This document shows positions 27,844 through 37,932 of a stretch of DNA of 64,000 bases, one piece after another. The first letter of the stretch is position 1. Every line of letters begins with the position of its first letter. The stretch is taken from assembly GCA_944390915.1 (NCBI GenBank), contig CALXRS010000003.1, positions 11,652 to 75,651 on the forward strand, in the 5' to 3' direction. Below the pieces are notes generated by a model, which worked only from the letters and a program-made list of their open reading frames with translations, was not told the origin of the DNA and ran no database searches. This DNA is from an uncultured Alphaproteobacteria bacterium (GTDB lineage Bacteria > Pseudomonadota > Alphaproteobacteria > RF32 > CAG-239). A program made the translations under genes and the position numbers.

Positions 27844-29658
27844 ATGAATAAACAGGCTTTATTTGTTTTCGCTTTAGGCGGATTATATGCCTTTTCCTCC
27901 GCGGCGGCGGAGCCGGAGGCGGCATGGCTCGCCCTCGGGCACTATCGTCCCGGGCTTTTGGGAGGATATGAAGGCAGCATAGATTCGCCCGGTTTTTATC
28001 TGGCCGCAAACGGACGCACCGATCCGGAAGCGGAGCTGAAAGCAAGCATTGAACTGTTTGCCGAAGGAACGGACAAAGAAAAAATATGCCTTTTCCCGGC
28101 AAGATATAAATATTTATTAAACAAAGGACTAATCGAGCCTGTTAATATTGAATGTGAAGAGTTCGCCGGGTTTAAGGAAGATTTGCAGCCGGCCGGGGTA
28201 ACGCTTTTGTTTACCGATGCCTATATGAACAGTCCGTCTTCTCTGTTCGGCCATACGCTGCTGAGGATAGACACGGCGCGCAAGGGGACGCAGATGATAG
28301 CCCACGGCGCCAATTACGGCGCTTATACCGACGGAGAAAACGGCGTTCTCTATGCCGTATACGGCTTAACCGGCGGCTACTACGGCGGTTGGACGGTCAA
28401 GCCCTATTATAACATCATCAACACCTACAACAATATTGAAAATCGCGACATCTGGGAGCTTAATCTCGATTTTTCGGCAGAAGAGCTGGACATGTTCGTC
28501 GCCCATTTGTGGGAAATCGGCCATACGCAGACGCGCTACTACTTTTTTACCAAAAATTGCTCGTATATGCTGATGGAAGCTTTGGACGCCGTTCGTCCGG
28601 AACTGCGGCTGGCCGACAAATTTCCGCTGCAAACCATTCCGCTGGATACTTTTAAGGCCGTATACCGCGCGCCCGGTTTGGTTAAGGGGGTTAATTACCG
28701 GCCGTCGCGGCAGGCCAAAATCGTCCACCGGCTGCAACAGATGAACCGCGGGCAGAAAAAAGCCCTGCTGGCCGCCGTGCAGGAAAACGACTATACTTTG
28801 GCAGAGCTGCCCGAAGGCGAAAAAGCCGACGTTTTGGAAACGGCCTATCAATATGTGCAATATCAGCTGGTCAAAAAAGATTTGCCGCTGCCGGAATATC
28901 GTCGCCGGAGCTTTGCTCTGTTGACGGCGCGCAACCGTTTGGCGGACGCCAAAGCCAAGATAAGCGAAAATCCCGAGGGCAGGTCGCCGCTTGAGGCGCA
29001 TGAGGCCATGCGGGCAACGGTTGGCGTCGGCAGCAGAAACGGCGAAAGTTTTCAGGAGATTTCCTACCGGCCGGCGTATCACTCGCTGACCGACAACAAT
29101 TACGGCTTGTTGCCGGGCGCGGAAATCAATTTTCTCAATTTCAAAATCCGTCATTATGACGAAAGCAAAAAAACGGTTCTCAGCCGTTTTGATTTGCTCG
29201 GCATCCGTTCGCTGTCGCCGGTTGACAGCCTGTTTGCGCCGGTGTCGTTTGCCATTTCCCTCAATGTCGCCCGCGAGCTCAATCCGGTGAACTACAAAGA
29301 AGGCTATGCCGCAAACGTCAAAGTCGGCGGCGGCGGAACCGTCGCTCTTGGCCGCAGCATGTATGCTTATGTTGCAGGCAACGCCTATGCGAGCTACGGC
29401 GGATTTTTGCCGCACGGGCAATATCTCGGTTTCGGCGCGGCGGCCGGTTTGTTTGTCGACTTTTCCCGTTTTAAGCTGTTGGCGGAGGCGGAAAAAGTTT
29501 TTGCCACCACCTGGTACGGCAACAAAATAAAATATCGGCTGGAAGCCAATATTCCGCTGACAACCAATGTCGGTTTGGCGGCGGAGTATGCTTACGACGA
29601 CAATTCAAAAGGTCGGGACGAAGAGGAATTTGTTTCGTCTTTGCGTTTTTATTTTTAA
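27844..29658 (+). CDS. DUF4105 (Lnb N-terminal-like) domain protein with extended C-terminal, likely beta-rich region
   Basis: Signal peptide 'FVFALGGLYAFSSAAA'. 'SLFGHTLLRID' resembles the conserved GHTxLR of DUF4105. The C-terminal third is Gly/aromatic-rich and ends in F, which is outer-membrane-like. Confidence 0.5.
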   Translation: MNKQALFVFALGGLYAFSSAAAEPEAAWLALGHYRPGLLGGYEGSIDSPGFYLAANGRTDPEAELKASIELFAEGTDKEKICLFPARYKYLLNKGLIEPVNIECEEFAGFKEDLQPAGVTLLFTDAYMNSPSSLFGHTLLRIDTARKGTQMIAHGANYGAYTDGENGVLYAVYGLTGGYYGGWTVKPYYNIINTYNNIENRDIWELNLDFSAEELDMFVAHLWEIGHTQTRYYFFTKNCSYMLMEALDAVRPELRLADKFPLQTIPLDTFKAVYRAPGLVKGVNYRPSRQAKIVHRLQQMNRGQKKALLAAVQENDYTLAELPEGEKADVLETAYQYVQYQLVKKDLPLPEYRRRSFALLTARNRLADAKAKISENPEGRSPLEAHEAMRATVGVGSRNGESFQEISYRPAYHSLTDNNYGLLPGAEINFLNFKIRHYDESKKTVLSRFDLLGIRSLSPVDSLFAPVSFAISLNVARELNPVNYKEGYAANVKVGGGGTVALGRSMYAYVAGNAYASYGGFLPHGQYLGFGAAAGLFVDFSRFKLLAEAEKVFATTWYGNKIKYRLEANIPLTTNVGLAAEYAYDDNSKGRDEEEFVSSLRFYF

Positions 29659-29814
29659 CAAAAACATGATATTGCGAAGACGAGTTAAAGAATGGTCTGA
29701 ACCGTCGGACGGCCGACGGGGAAAACGGCGGGCGTTTGTGGCTTGCTTTTTTCGGACAATCGTTATAGTTTGATAAAAAATTACGGCCAAAAGAAATAAA
29801 TCAAGGAGAATAAA

Positions 29815-30267
29815 ATGTTAAGAGAAGATATTCAGAACGCCATCAAAGAGGCCATGAAAAACCACGAAACAGAGCGGCTCGGCACCGTGCGGATGATTTT
29901 GGCGGGGGTTAAGGAAAAAGACGTTGACGCCCGCGGCAAAGGCAGGGAGTGCGCAAGCGACGCCGATTTGCTGGCGATGATGCAGACAATGATTAAACAG
30001 CGTCAGGAATCCGCCAAAATGTACCGCGACGGCGGGCGGGAAGATTTGGCCGCCAAAGAAGAGGCGGAAATCGTCGTCATTAAGAGCTTTTTGCCCAAAC
30101 AGTTGGACGAAGCGGAAACCGAGGCGGCCATCAGGGCGGCCATTGCCGAAACCGGCGCAGCATCCATGAAAGATATGGGCAAAGTGATGGCAGCGTTGAA
30201 AGAAAAATACGCCGGACAGATGGATTTCGGCGCCGTGTCCGGAAAAATCAAGGGGCTTCTCGGCTGA
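29815..30267 (+). CDS. GatB/YqeY domain protein
   Basis: 150 aa; 'LGTVRMILAGVKEKDVDARGKG…ADLLAMMQTMIKQRQESAKMY' matches the YqeY family pattern. Confidence 0.8.
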   Translation: MLREDIQNAIKEAMKNHETERLGTVRMILAGVKEKDVDARGKGRECASDADLLAMMQTMIKQRQESAKMYRDGGREDLAAKEEAEIVVIKSFLPKQLDEAETEAAIRAAIAETGAASMKDMGKVMAALKEKYAGQMDFGAVSGKIKGLLG

Positions 30268-30294
30268 CAGGACATAACCGGCTGAAACCAAAGG

Positions 30295-32130
30295 GTGCGA
30301 ATGGACGGCGAATTTCAGAAATTTTTGGACGAACTGCGCTCACGCATATCGGTGGCCGATGTTGTCGGCGCAAAGGTCAAACTTGTCCGCAAGGGCAAGG
30401 AATATATGGGCTTGTGTCCGTTTCACAACGAAAAAACGCCGTCTTTTACGGTCAATGAAGCCAAAGGCTTTTACCATTGTTTCGGCTGCGGAGCGCACGG
30501 CGACATCATCAAGTTTGAGATGGAGGCCAACGGTCTGCCGTTTATGGACGCGGTGACCAAACTGGCCAACAAAGCCGGGCTTGCCGTGCCGCGCTCGGCC
30601 AGAGAAACGCCGGAAGAGGCGCATCGCCGGAGCTCGTGGTACGAAATAACCGAAATGGCGGCGGCGTATTTTGAAAAGAACCTGCGGTTGACGGCCGGTC
30701 GCGAAGCCATGGCTTATCTGGCCCGTCGCGGTTTTGACGAAAACATCATCAAAAAGTTCCGTTTGGGTTTTGCGCCCGACAACAACGGTTTAACCGCCTG
30801 GCTGGCGGGCAAAAACGTGCGCGAAAGCGATATGATAGAGCTCGGACTTTCGGTGTTGTCGGAAAAAAACGGCAGAGTTTACGATTTTTTCCGCAATCGG
30901 GTCATTATCCCCATCATGGACAAACGGGGCAGGGTGATAGCTTTCGGCGGGCGGGTAATGGGCGACGCTCAGCCGAAATATCTCAATTCGCCGGATACGC
31001 CGATATTTAACAAACGGCGGGTGCTCTACAATCTCAATTTTGCCCGCGACAGCGCGTATGAGCATCGGCGGCTTGTCGTTTGCGAAGGCTATATGGATGT
31101 GATAGCGCAGGCCAGGTTCGGATTTGCCTATGCGGTGGCGCCGCTCGGCACGGCGCTGACAGAAGAACAGATTGCCGAGGCGTGGAAAATCGTGCCCGAG
31201 CCGACTTTGTGTTTTGACGGCGACAACGCCGGCATCCACGCGGCCGTTCGTTCGATAGATCGGGCGCTGCCGATACTGAAAGCAGGCTATTCGCTGAAAT
31301 ACGTCTTTTTGCCCGATAAAATGGATCCGGACGAGTTTTTGAAAGCCAAAGGGGCGGAAGAATACGAAAAAATGCTTGCCTCCACGGTGCCGCTTGCCGA
31401 TTTGCTGTGGCGTAAGGTGGTGGACGCGGTGCCGGCGGAAACGCCGGAACAAAAGGCATTGTTTGAAAAAACGCTGTTTGCCGAAGTGGCCAAAATCACC
31501 GATGAAAAAGTGCGCGGCTATTATCTGCAGGATATGAAAAAACGCCTGTTCGAGCGTTTTCGACCGGCGGCACCGGCAGCGTCGACGACCAGGCCGCGGG
31601 TGGCGGCCGGCAGCGGGCGGCGCGGGCAGCCGGAGCCGGCAAAATTCCGCCCGCAAACGGTAAAAATCGCCTTAGACGAGATGGTCGGCAAGTTCATCGC
31701 CGCCGCCATGCTGTGTTATCCGGCGCTTATCGGCGAATATGAAGAAAAAACCGGCATGTTTGAGATAAAAGACCAAAGCCTGCGGCAGCTTTTGGAAAAA
31801 ATGGCGGAAATTTTCCACGCCGATGAAACGACGGACGACAAAAGCCTTTGCGAAGGTTTGAAAGCCGCGGGACTGGAAAAACAGGTAAACGCCTTATGGG
31901 AAGTGCGGATGATAAGGCAGCAGGCGCCGGACTTGCGCAAGCTGCGCCGCGAGATAGACAACAAGATATTGGAAATGCAGCTGAAACAGCTGGAAAACGA
32001 GATAAAAGACTGCGTCCGCGAGCTGGAAATTTCCGAGTCGTTTTCGGAAGAACTGTACCGACGCTGTCAAATGCTGAAACAGGAGCAGAAAAAACTGCTG
32101 GAAGAACATGAGGCAAAAAACGCTTTGTGA
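30295..32130 (+). CDS. dnaG: DNA primase
   Basis: Zinc ribbon 'GLCPFHNEKTPSFTVN…FYHCFGCGAHGD' and a TOPRIM region 'VVCEGYMDVIA'. Confidence 0.95.
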   Translation: MRMDGEFQKFLDELRSRISVADVVGAKVKLVRKGKEYMGLCPFHNEKTPSFTVNEAKGFYHCFGCGAHGDIIKFEMEANGLPFMDAVTKLANKAGLAVPRSARETPEEAHRRSSWYEITEMAAAYFEKNLRLTAGREAMAYLARRGFDENIIKKFRLGFAPDNNGLTAWLAGKNVRESDMIELGLSVLSEKNGRVYDFFRNRVIIPIMDKRGRVIAFGGRVMGDAQPKYLNSPDTPIFNKRRVLYNLNFARDSAYEHRRLVVCEGYMDVIAQARFGFAYAVAPLGTALTEEQIAEAWKIVPEPTLCFDGDNAGIHAAVRSIDRALPILKAGYSLKYVFLPDKMDPDEFLKAKGAEEYEKMLASTVPLADLLWRKVVDAVPAETPEQKALFEKTLFAEVAKITDEKVRGYYLQDMKKRLFERFRPAAPAASTTRPRVAAGSGRRGQPEPAKFRPQTVKIALDEMVGKFIAAAMLCYPALIGEYEEKTGMFEIKDQSLRQLLEKMAEIFHADETTDDKSLCEGLKAAGLEKQVNALWEVRMIRQQAPDLRKLRREIDNKILEMQLKQLENEIKDCVRELEISESFSEELYRRCQMLKQEQKKLLEEHEAKNAL

Positions 32131-32204
32131 GTCGGAAACCATGCTAAAATAAAAGGTTAGTCCATATTGCCGAAGTGAAAATAAGAATTATTTATATTGC
32201 GGTG

Positions 32205-32233
32205 TTGACAAACGGGTGCGAAAACTCTAAAAA
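32205..32233 (+). promoter_or_regulatory. candidate sigma70 promoter for rpoD (TTGACA -17 bp- TAAAAA)
   Basis: Read directly. Confidence 0.35.
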
Positions 32234-32250
32234 AGAGCCGCTAGCAATTT

Positions 32251-32280
32251 ATTTTTTCCGGGTTTTCCCGGGCAAAAAAT
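32251..32280. promoter_or_regulatory. short hairpin in the rpoD leader (ccggg-tttt-cccgg flanked by T6 and A6)
   Basis: 'ttttttccgggttttcccgggcaaaaaa' lies 20 bp upstream of the rpoD ATG. Confidence 0.35.
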
Positions 32281-32299
32281 CGATTTTTTGGGAAAAGAC

Positions 32300-34387
32300 A
32301 TGTCAGATACTGAAAATCAAGACTTATACGAAGCGGGCACGGGCGATGCACCGCTGATTGACAGTTTGGGCAGTGCCATCAAACGTGTTGTCGAAAAAGG
32401 CAAAACCCGCGGCTATATTACGGTGGAAGAGTTAAACAAAGCCCTGCCGTCGGAAAAGGAAACCTCCGAACAGATAGAAGACATTATGGCGGAAATTTCC
32501 GATATGGGCATCAGCATCATTTCGGAATCGGAAGCCGATAATTTTGAGCAGGAGGACGAGCCGGAAGAAACCGACGACATTGAGGAAAGCGGCAACTTTG
32601 ACGAAAAGGAACTGGGACGCTACGACGATCCGGTGCGCATGTATTTAAAAGAGATGGGTTCCGTCGAACTGCTTTCCCGCGAAGGGGAAATTGCCATCGC
32701 CAAACGTATAGAAGCCGGCAAAACGGTCATGATAGACGGTTTGTGCGAAAGCCCGATGACCATTAAGGCCATTGCCGGTTGGAAAGACGATCTGCAAAAC
32801 GGCAAAATGCAGCTGCGCGACGTGGTCGATCTGGAGATGATGTACGGCGACGACCCCGAAGCTCTGGTCTATGAAGACGAGGAAAACCAGCCGGTGGACA
32901 ATCTGGAAAAGGTTGTGGCCGAGCTGGAGAAAAAGGAAAACCTGGACGAGCTTGACGAAGATTTGGCCGACGATATGGATTTGGAAGACGCCGTTGACGA
33001 CGAGGACGAGAGCGAAGACGATGAAAGCGTTTCCGGCCTCGACGACGAAGGCGACGACGACATCCCCGACGGTGAAGACCATTCCGACGATGCCGGCGAA
33101 GGAGCCGGCGGACATTCGTCCGCTTCCGTTTCCGCCATGGAAGAAGCCCTGTGGGAACCGGTGCTTGAAATATTAACCAAAATTTCCGGTTATTACGATG
33201 ATTTGAAAAAAATCCAAAGCCAGCGCGTGGAAGCCGTTCTGGCGGGAAAATCCATTAAGCCCTCGGTGGAAAAGAAATATGTTCAGGTTAAAAAGGAACT
33301 GGTGGAACTGATGAGTTCCATCCACCTCAATTCCACCCGCATCGAACAGCTGGTTGAACAATTAAACGACCTAAACAAGCGTCTGATGGGGCTGGAAGGG
33401 AAACTTCTGCGCTATGCTTTGGCCTGCAAAATCAAACGTGAGGATTTTTTGCTTGCCTATCAAAAATCGGAGCTTGATCCGAACTGGCTGGAAAATGTTT
33501 CGCGCAAAAAAGACAAGCATTGGCAGGAATTTGTAAACAAATACGGCGTTGAGGTGGCGGGGCTGCGCGAAAGCGTGGCGCAGATGGCGCAGGAATGCGG
33601 CCTGCCGATCAGCGAATATCGCCGCATGGTCGACACCATCAAAAAAGGCGAACGCGAAGCCGACCGCGCCAAAAAGGAAATGATAGAAGCCAACCTGCGG
33701 CTGGTGATTTCCATTGCCAAAAAATACACCAACCGCGGTTTGCAGTTCCTTGATCTTATTCAGGAAGGCAACATCGGGTTGATGAAAGCCGTTGATAAGT
33801 TTGAATATCGCCGCGGCTATAAATTTTCCACTTACGCCACCTGGTGGATACGTCAGGCCATAACCCGTTCCATTGCCGACCAGGCGCGCACCATCCGCAT
33901 TCCGGTGCATATGATCGAAACCATCAACAAGCTGGTGCGCACGTCCCGCCAGATGTTGGCCGAGATGGGGCGCGAGCCGGTGCCCGAAGAACTGGCGGCC
34001 AGACTTTCCATGCCGTTGGAAAAAGTGCGCAAGGTGATGAAGATTGCCAAAGAGCCGGTCAGTTTGGAATCGCCCGTCGGTGATGAAGACGATTCTTCCC
34101 TCGGCGATTTTATCCCCGACGAAAGCGCCTTGCAGCCGCTTGATTCCGCCATCCACAGCAATTTGAAGGAAACCTGCACGCGGATTTTGGCATCGTTGAC
34201 GCCAAGAGAAGAACGGGTGCTGCGCATGCGGTTCGGCATCGGCATGAACACCGATCACACTCTGGAAGAAGTGGGGCAGCAGTTTAACGTTACCCGCGAG
34301 CGCATCCGCCAGATAGAAGCCAAAGCGCTGCGCAAGCTCAAACACCCGAGCCGTTCGCGCAAGCTGCGTTCGTTTTTGGACCAGTAA
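32300..34387 (+). CDS. rpoD: RNA polymerase sigma-70 factor RpoD
   Basis: Regions 1.1–4 are present: '[39 protein letters not shown]' and '[27 protein letters not shown]'. There is a large acidic non-conserved insert (coordinates 32.87–33.12 kb). Confidence 0.95.
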   Translation: MSDTENQDLYEAGTGDAPLIDSLGSAIKRVVEKGKTRGYITVEELNKALPSEKETSEQIEDIMAEISDMGISIISESEADNFEQEDEPEETDDIEESGNFDEKELGRYDDPVRMYLKEMGSVELLSREGEIAIAKRIEAGKTVMIDGLCESPMTIKAIAGWKDDLQNGKMQLRDVVDLEMMYGDDPEALVYEDEENQPVDNLEKVVAELEKKENLDELDEDLADDMDLEDAVDDEDESEDDESVSGLDDEGDDDIPDGEDHSDDAGEGAGGHSSASVSAMEEALWEPVLEILTKISGYYDDLKKIQSQRVEAVLAGKSIKPSVEKKYVQVKKELVELMSSIHLNSTRIEQLVEQLNDLNKRLMGLEGKLLRYALACKIKREDFLLAYQKSELDPNWLENVSRKKDKHWQEFVNKYGVEVAGLRESVAQMAQECGLPISEYRRMVDTIKKGEREADRAKKEMIEANLRLVISIAKKYTNRGLQFLDLIQEGNIGLMKAVDKFEYRRGYKFSTYATWWIRQAITRSIADQARTIRIPVHMIETINKLVRTSRQMLAEMGREPVPEELAARLSMPLEKVRKVMKIAKEPVSLESPVGDEDDSSLGDFIPDESALQPLDSAIHSNLKETCTRILASLTPREERVLRMRFGIGMNTDHTLEEVGQQFNVTRERIRQIEAKALRKLKHPSRSRKLRSFLDQ

Positions 34388-34415
34388 GGCTTTGGGTCGA
34401 CAGAGAGACTTCCGG

Positions 34416-34443
34416 CAGCCCCGTTTTGCGGGGCTGTTTCTGT
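34416..34443 (+). terminator. intrinsic terminator of rpoD (cagccccg-ttttg-cggggctg + T-rich tail)
   Basis: Read directly. Confidence 0.7.
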
Positions 34444-34546
34444 ATGGATTGTCGGGGTATGGATTTTTATAAGATAAAACGATAAATATATTGCCGATCG
34501 GCACGGATTGCGCTAAAATCGTTCAAACAAGCCAAGGAGGAGGAAG

Positions 34547-34990
34547 ATGAGCGTTGAATATTCTCCGAAAGACCGTGAGGTTATGATTACGGCAGCTTAT
34601 GCCGTTAACGATTCCCGCTTGCAGGAACTGATTGACTTTGCCCGTCTTTCCGGATATCAGAAATTGGGCATAGCCTGTTGCATCAAAATGCTTCCTTATG
34701 CCGAAAAGCTGGACAAGTTGCTAAGAGACGCCGGTTTTGAGGTTTTTCGCATACATTGTCAAAAAAGCGGGCTCGAGGCTTCCGAATTTTCCGAAAATCT
34801 GCAGGGTAAAAGCTGCGATCCGTTGTCGCAGGCGGAATATCTGAACCGGCAGAAAACGGACTTAAACATCAACATCGGTCTTTGTCTCGGGCACGAACTG
34901 CTGTTTGAACAATATTCCGCCGCCCCTGTCACCACCTTTCTGGTTAAGGACTTTGCCACTGGTCACAAAACCGTCAAGAACCTGATTTAG
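34547..34990 (+). CDS. hypothetical Cys-rich small protein (147 aa), possibly a DUF1847-like metal-binding protein
   Basis: Strong RBS AAGGAGGAGGAAG. Cysteines at 'GIACCIKM', 'RIHCQ', 'KSCDP', 'GLCLGHE'. The family guess is weak. Confidence 0.45.
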   Translation: MSVEYSPKDREVMITAAYAVNDSRLQELIDFARLSGYQKLGIACCIKMLPYAEKLDKLLRDAGFEVFRIHCQKSGLEASEFSENLQGKSCDPLSQAEYLNRQKTDLNINIGLCLGHELLFEQYSAAPVTTFLVKDFATGHKTVKNLI

Positions 34991-35969
34991 TCCGCGCTTT
35001 TTTTGTCGTTTGTTTTTTGTTTTGCGGCGCGGACGGGGAGATTTTTTTATCCACGATGTAAAACGGTCGGCGTTTGACTTCAACAAATATCTTGGCGATA
35101 TATTCGCCGATAATGCCGATGGAAATCATCTGCACGCCGCTGAACAGGGTAATCAGGGTAACCGTGGACGCCCAGCCGGAAACGGCGCCGTGCTCGTTGT
35201 AGTTCAAAAAGATTTTCAAAACAAAACAGGCGCCGAGCAGAGAAATGAGAAAACCCGCAAAAGTCACCAGCCGAAGCGGCACAATGGAAAAACTGGAAAT
35301 GCCGTTCCAGGCAAAGGCAAGCATTTTGCGCAGCGGATATTTGGTTGTGCCGGCCAGACGCGGCGTGCGGTTGTAATAGACGCATTCCGACTTAAAGCCG
35401 ACAAGCGGCACCACTGCGCGCAAAAACAGATTGCGCTCGGGAAATTTTTTTAATTCCTCCACCACTCGTCGGGTCATCATCCGAAAATCGGCGTGGTTAT
35501 AGATAATGTTTACCCCGAGCAGATGCATCAGCCGATAAAAAGCCTGCGCGCTCACCCGTTTGAAAAAAGTGTCGGAAGAACGTTCCCTGCGCACGCCGTA
35601 GACCACTTCCGCGCCGTGATTGACTTTTTCGAGCATCTCGGCGATGCATTCGGGATCGTCCTGCAAATCGGCGTCGATGGTCACATAAATGTCGGCCTCG
35701 TTGTCGTACATGCCGGCCAAAATGGCTCCCTGATGGCCGAAGTTGCGCGACAGCCGGAGCGCTTCGCACAACGGATTTTCGTTAACCGTTTGCTGCAGAA
35801 TTTCCCATGTTTTATCGACGCTGCCGTCGTCGACAAACAACAGCCGGCTGGTCGGCGCCGCGTTTTTTTGGCGTATCAGTCTGTCCAAAAGCGCCGTCAT
35901 TTTTTCAATGGTTGCGGGCAACACTTCTTCTTCGTTGTAGCAGGGTATGACAATCAACAGTTTTGGCAT
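34974..35969 (-). CDS. GT2 polyprenyl-phosphate glycosyltransferase (ArnC/GtrB/DPM1-like), C-terminal TM helices
   Basis: 'LIVIPCYNEEEVL', 'FVDDGSVDKT', 'DADLQDDPECI', 'VYGVRRER', and two C-terminal TM segments, as in ArnC/GtrB. Confidence 0.8.
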   Translation of the reverse strand: MPKLLIVIPCYNEEEVLPATIEKMTALLDRLIRQKNAAPTSRLLFVDDGSVDKTWEILQQTVNENPLCEALRLSRNFGHQGAILAGMYDNEADIYVTIDADLQDDPECIAEMLEKVNHGAEVVYGVRRERSSDTFFKRVSAQAFYRLMHLLGVNIIYNHADFRMMTRRVVEELKKFPERNLFLRAVVPLVGFKSECVYYNRTPRLAGTTKYPLRKMLAFAWNGISSFSIVPLRLVTFAGFLISLLGACFVLKIFLNYNEHGAVSGWASTVTLITLFSGVQMISIGIIGEYIAKIFVEVKRRPFYIVDKKISPSAPQNKKQTTKKARTKSGS

Positions 35970-36212
35970 GTTTTTTCTCCCTTGTGTATATATTTTGCTT
36001 CGTCATCGACAACGATATTCGTTCATGATAATAAAATATATGCAATAAATATTCAATATCTGTCGAAAGGTGATATGTATCATGCCGAAAGTTTCCGCAC
36101 CGATATCGGTTTGCAACGCGGTGCCGGCGGCGGGTATAAGCCGTATGTTGCGACGGATGTGTCGGAATTTTGAATTGAAGTTGAGGTTAAACATTTTCCT
36201 GCGGGAACAGCC

Positions 36213-37892
36213 ATGACGGAGCCTCCGTATTTTCGTAATGATATTTTAACTCACATTCGGGATAATTTTATTTATTATTTCGGATATGACGATTTTTATG
36301 TTTACGCGCTTGCGGTGGCGGCGGTTTTGTTGGTCAACGCGCTGCTTGCCGCCCGTCTCGGCAAGACGTCCGCGCGGCTTTTGCCGGATATGAAAAACTA
36401 TTCCTTTGCCGCCCTGAAACCTGCCGACATAAGCGCCGCCCTGCTGTTGGCGTTGTCTTGCGGATTGTATGTCGCCAATATTTTTTCGCTCGATCTGACG
36501 ATATTTAATAACTATGACCAGATGAACGCCGCCAACATCAACGACATGCGTTACGGGCAGGCGCCCGTTTTTAACGCTCTGCGCTTTAATCCGGCGGCAG
36601 GTATCGACCATAACGTCATTTACGGCATCAGTCACAATTATACGATTATTGCCTGGTGGAACGTTTTAAAACAATTTTTGGCGTTGTGGCTGTTGTATCG
36701 CTTTTTTTCTTTCATCCCGGTCGGTCGGCGTCTGGTTATGCTGGCGGTCATAAATTTTCTGCCGCCGGTTTTTTGGGTCAACGGCATTGTCTATTCCGAG
36801 CAAAACACGCTGATTTTTGTTGTGCTCAGCCTGTTTGCCCTGAAAAATTATGATATCGGCAAAAAGTTTTGTTCCCTGTTTGCTTTCGTTTTGTGGATGA
36901 ATTTGGCCATTTATACCAAGGAAACGAATATTTTGTTTTATCTCGGCATACTGGTGTTTTTGCTGCTGCAAAATATCGCGGCGGGGCGGTTGACGCCGAA
37001 ATCTTTTCTTTCGCCGTTGGCAACAATCCGCACAATGCCGGTGGAATATATGTTGCTGTGGAGCATGTTTCTTTTTGCCGTCGGCTATTTTTTGCTCAGC
37101 GATCTTTTTGTGGGCGGCGCCTATCTGCGGCATCATCATCGGAGTGTCGGGGAATTGCTGAAAATAAACGCTTTGGAACTAACCCTGACGACGGCGGCCG
37201 TTTTTGCTTTCGGCGCCAAAATCGGTTGCCGAAAAAACGAACGGACAAACCTGTTTGCCGAGGGACTGTTGTGCGGAGGCGCAATAATTGCGGTTATTGT
37301 TGTTTTTAAGCTGCAGATAGCCTGTTTTCCCGATTGGTACAAAACCTGGTATATGTATTTGCCGGCTGTTTTTTGTACGGCGTATATTTTCGGGAACATT
37401 CGCTCGCGGGCGATTTCGGCGCTTATTTTTATTCCCGTCGTTTGTTGGTCGGCTTCGGTAAATTACGACATTTGGCAGAAAGAAGAAGGCGTCGCCCGCC
37501 GGATGATGGCAGAGTTTATCACGGAGCGGAAAAATCTGCAGGCAACTTTTTATATGTCCGAAGAAGCCGCCGGAGACTTGTGGAAGCTGGAATGTTTTGC
37601 TTCCGCGCTGAAATATGTCGGCGGCAATATTCGGCTGGCAACCGATATGCCGTTGTCGGCGGCAAAAAAACAAATTTTGGGCAACGGCAACTATTGCGAA
37701 ATAATTGAGCGTCCGCCGGCCGCAGGCGATTATGTCATTGTCCGTAAAGACACTGCAGAGGCGGAAAAGCGTTGCGACGGTCGGCCGGTGTATGAAAATA
37801 AGGTATATAAAATATGTCGCGTCGGCTCCGCGGACAAAGAAGACAATGTGTATATATCGGGATTAGCCGTCGACAAACCGGACGGTTTGTGA
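36213..37892 (+). CDS. GT-C fold membrane glycosyltransferase (ArnT/PMT-like), paralog 1
   Basis: More than 10 TM helices over the N-terminal 400 aa and a soluble C-terminal domain. An 'IYTKETNILFY' lumenal-loop motif, similar to ArnT 'MTKG'. It is homologous along its length to 38756..40450. Confidence 0.55.
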   Translation: MTEPPYFRNDILTHIRDNFIYYFGYDDFYVYALAVAAVLLVNALLAARLGKTSARLLPDMKNYSFAALKPADISAALLLALSCGLYVANIFSLDLTIFNNYDQMNAANINDMRYGQAPVFNALRFNPAAGIDHNVIYGISHNYTIIAWWNVLKQFLALWLLYRFFSFIPVGRRLVMLAVINFLPPVFWVNGIVYSEQNTLIFVVLSLFALKNYDIGKKFCSLFAFVLWMNLAIYTKETNILFYLGILVFLLLQNIAAGRLTPKSFLSPLATIRTMPVEYMLLWSMFLFAVGYFLLSDLFVGGAYLRHHHRSVGELLKINALELTLTTAAVFAFGAKIGCRKNERTNLFAEGLLCGGAIIAVIVVFKLQIACFPDWYKTWYMYLPAVFCTAYIFGNIRSRAISALIFIPVVCWSASVNYDIWQKEEGVARRMMAEFITERKNLQATFYMSEEAAGDLWKLECFASALKYVGGNIRLATDMPLSAAKKQILGNGNYCEIIERPPAAGDYVIVRKDTAEAEKRCDGRPVYENKVYKICRVGSADKEDNVYISGLAVDKPDGL

Positions 37893-37932
37893 TAAACAGA
37901 GCGTAATTCCCTTTACCGAAAGGAAAAACAAG

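Noticed and set aside
32870-33130. Highly acidic, low-complexity insert in RpoD
   Set aside because: This is the non-conserved region between sigma regions 1.2 and 2 that is characteristically long and acidic in primary sigma factors, especially in alphaproteobacteria.
33371-34504. 377-aa ORF antisense to rpoD
   Set aside because: rpoD is unambiguous on the + strand. The antisense frame is shadow ORF noise.
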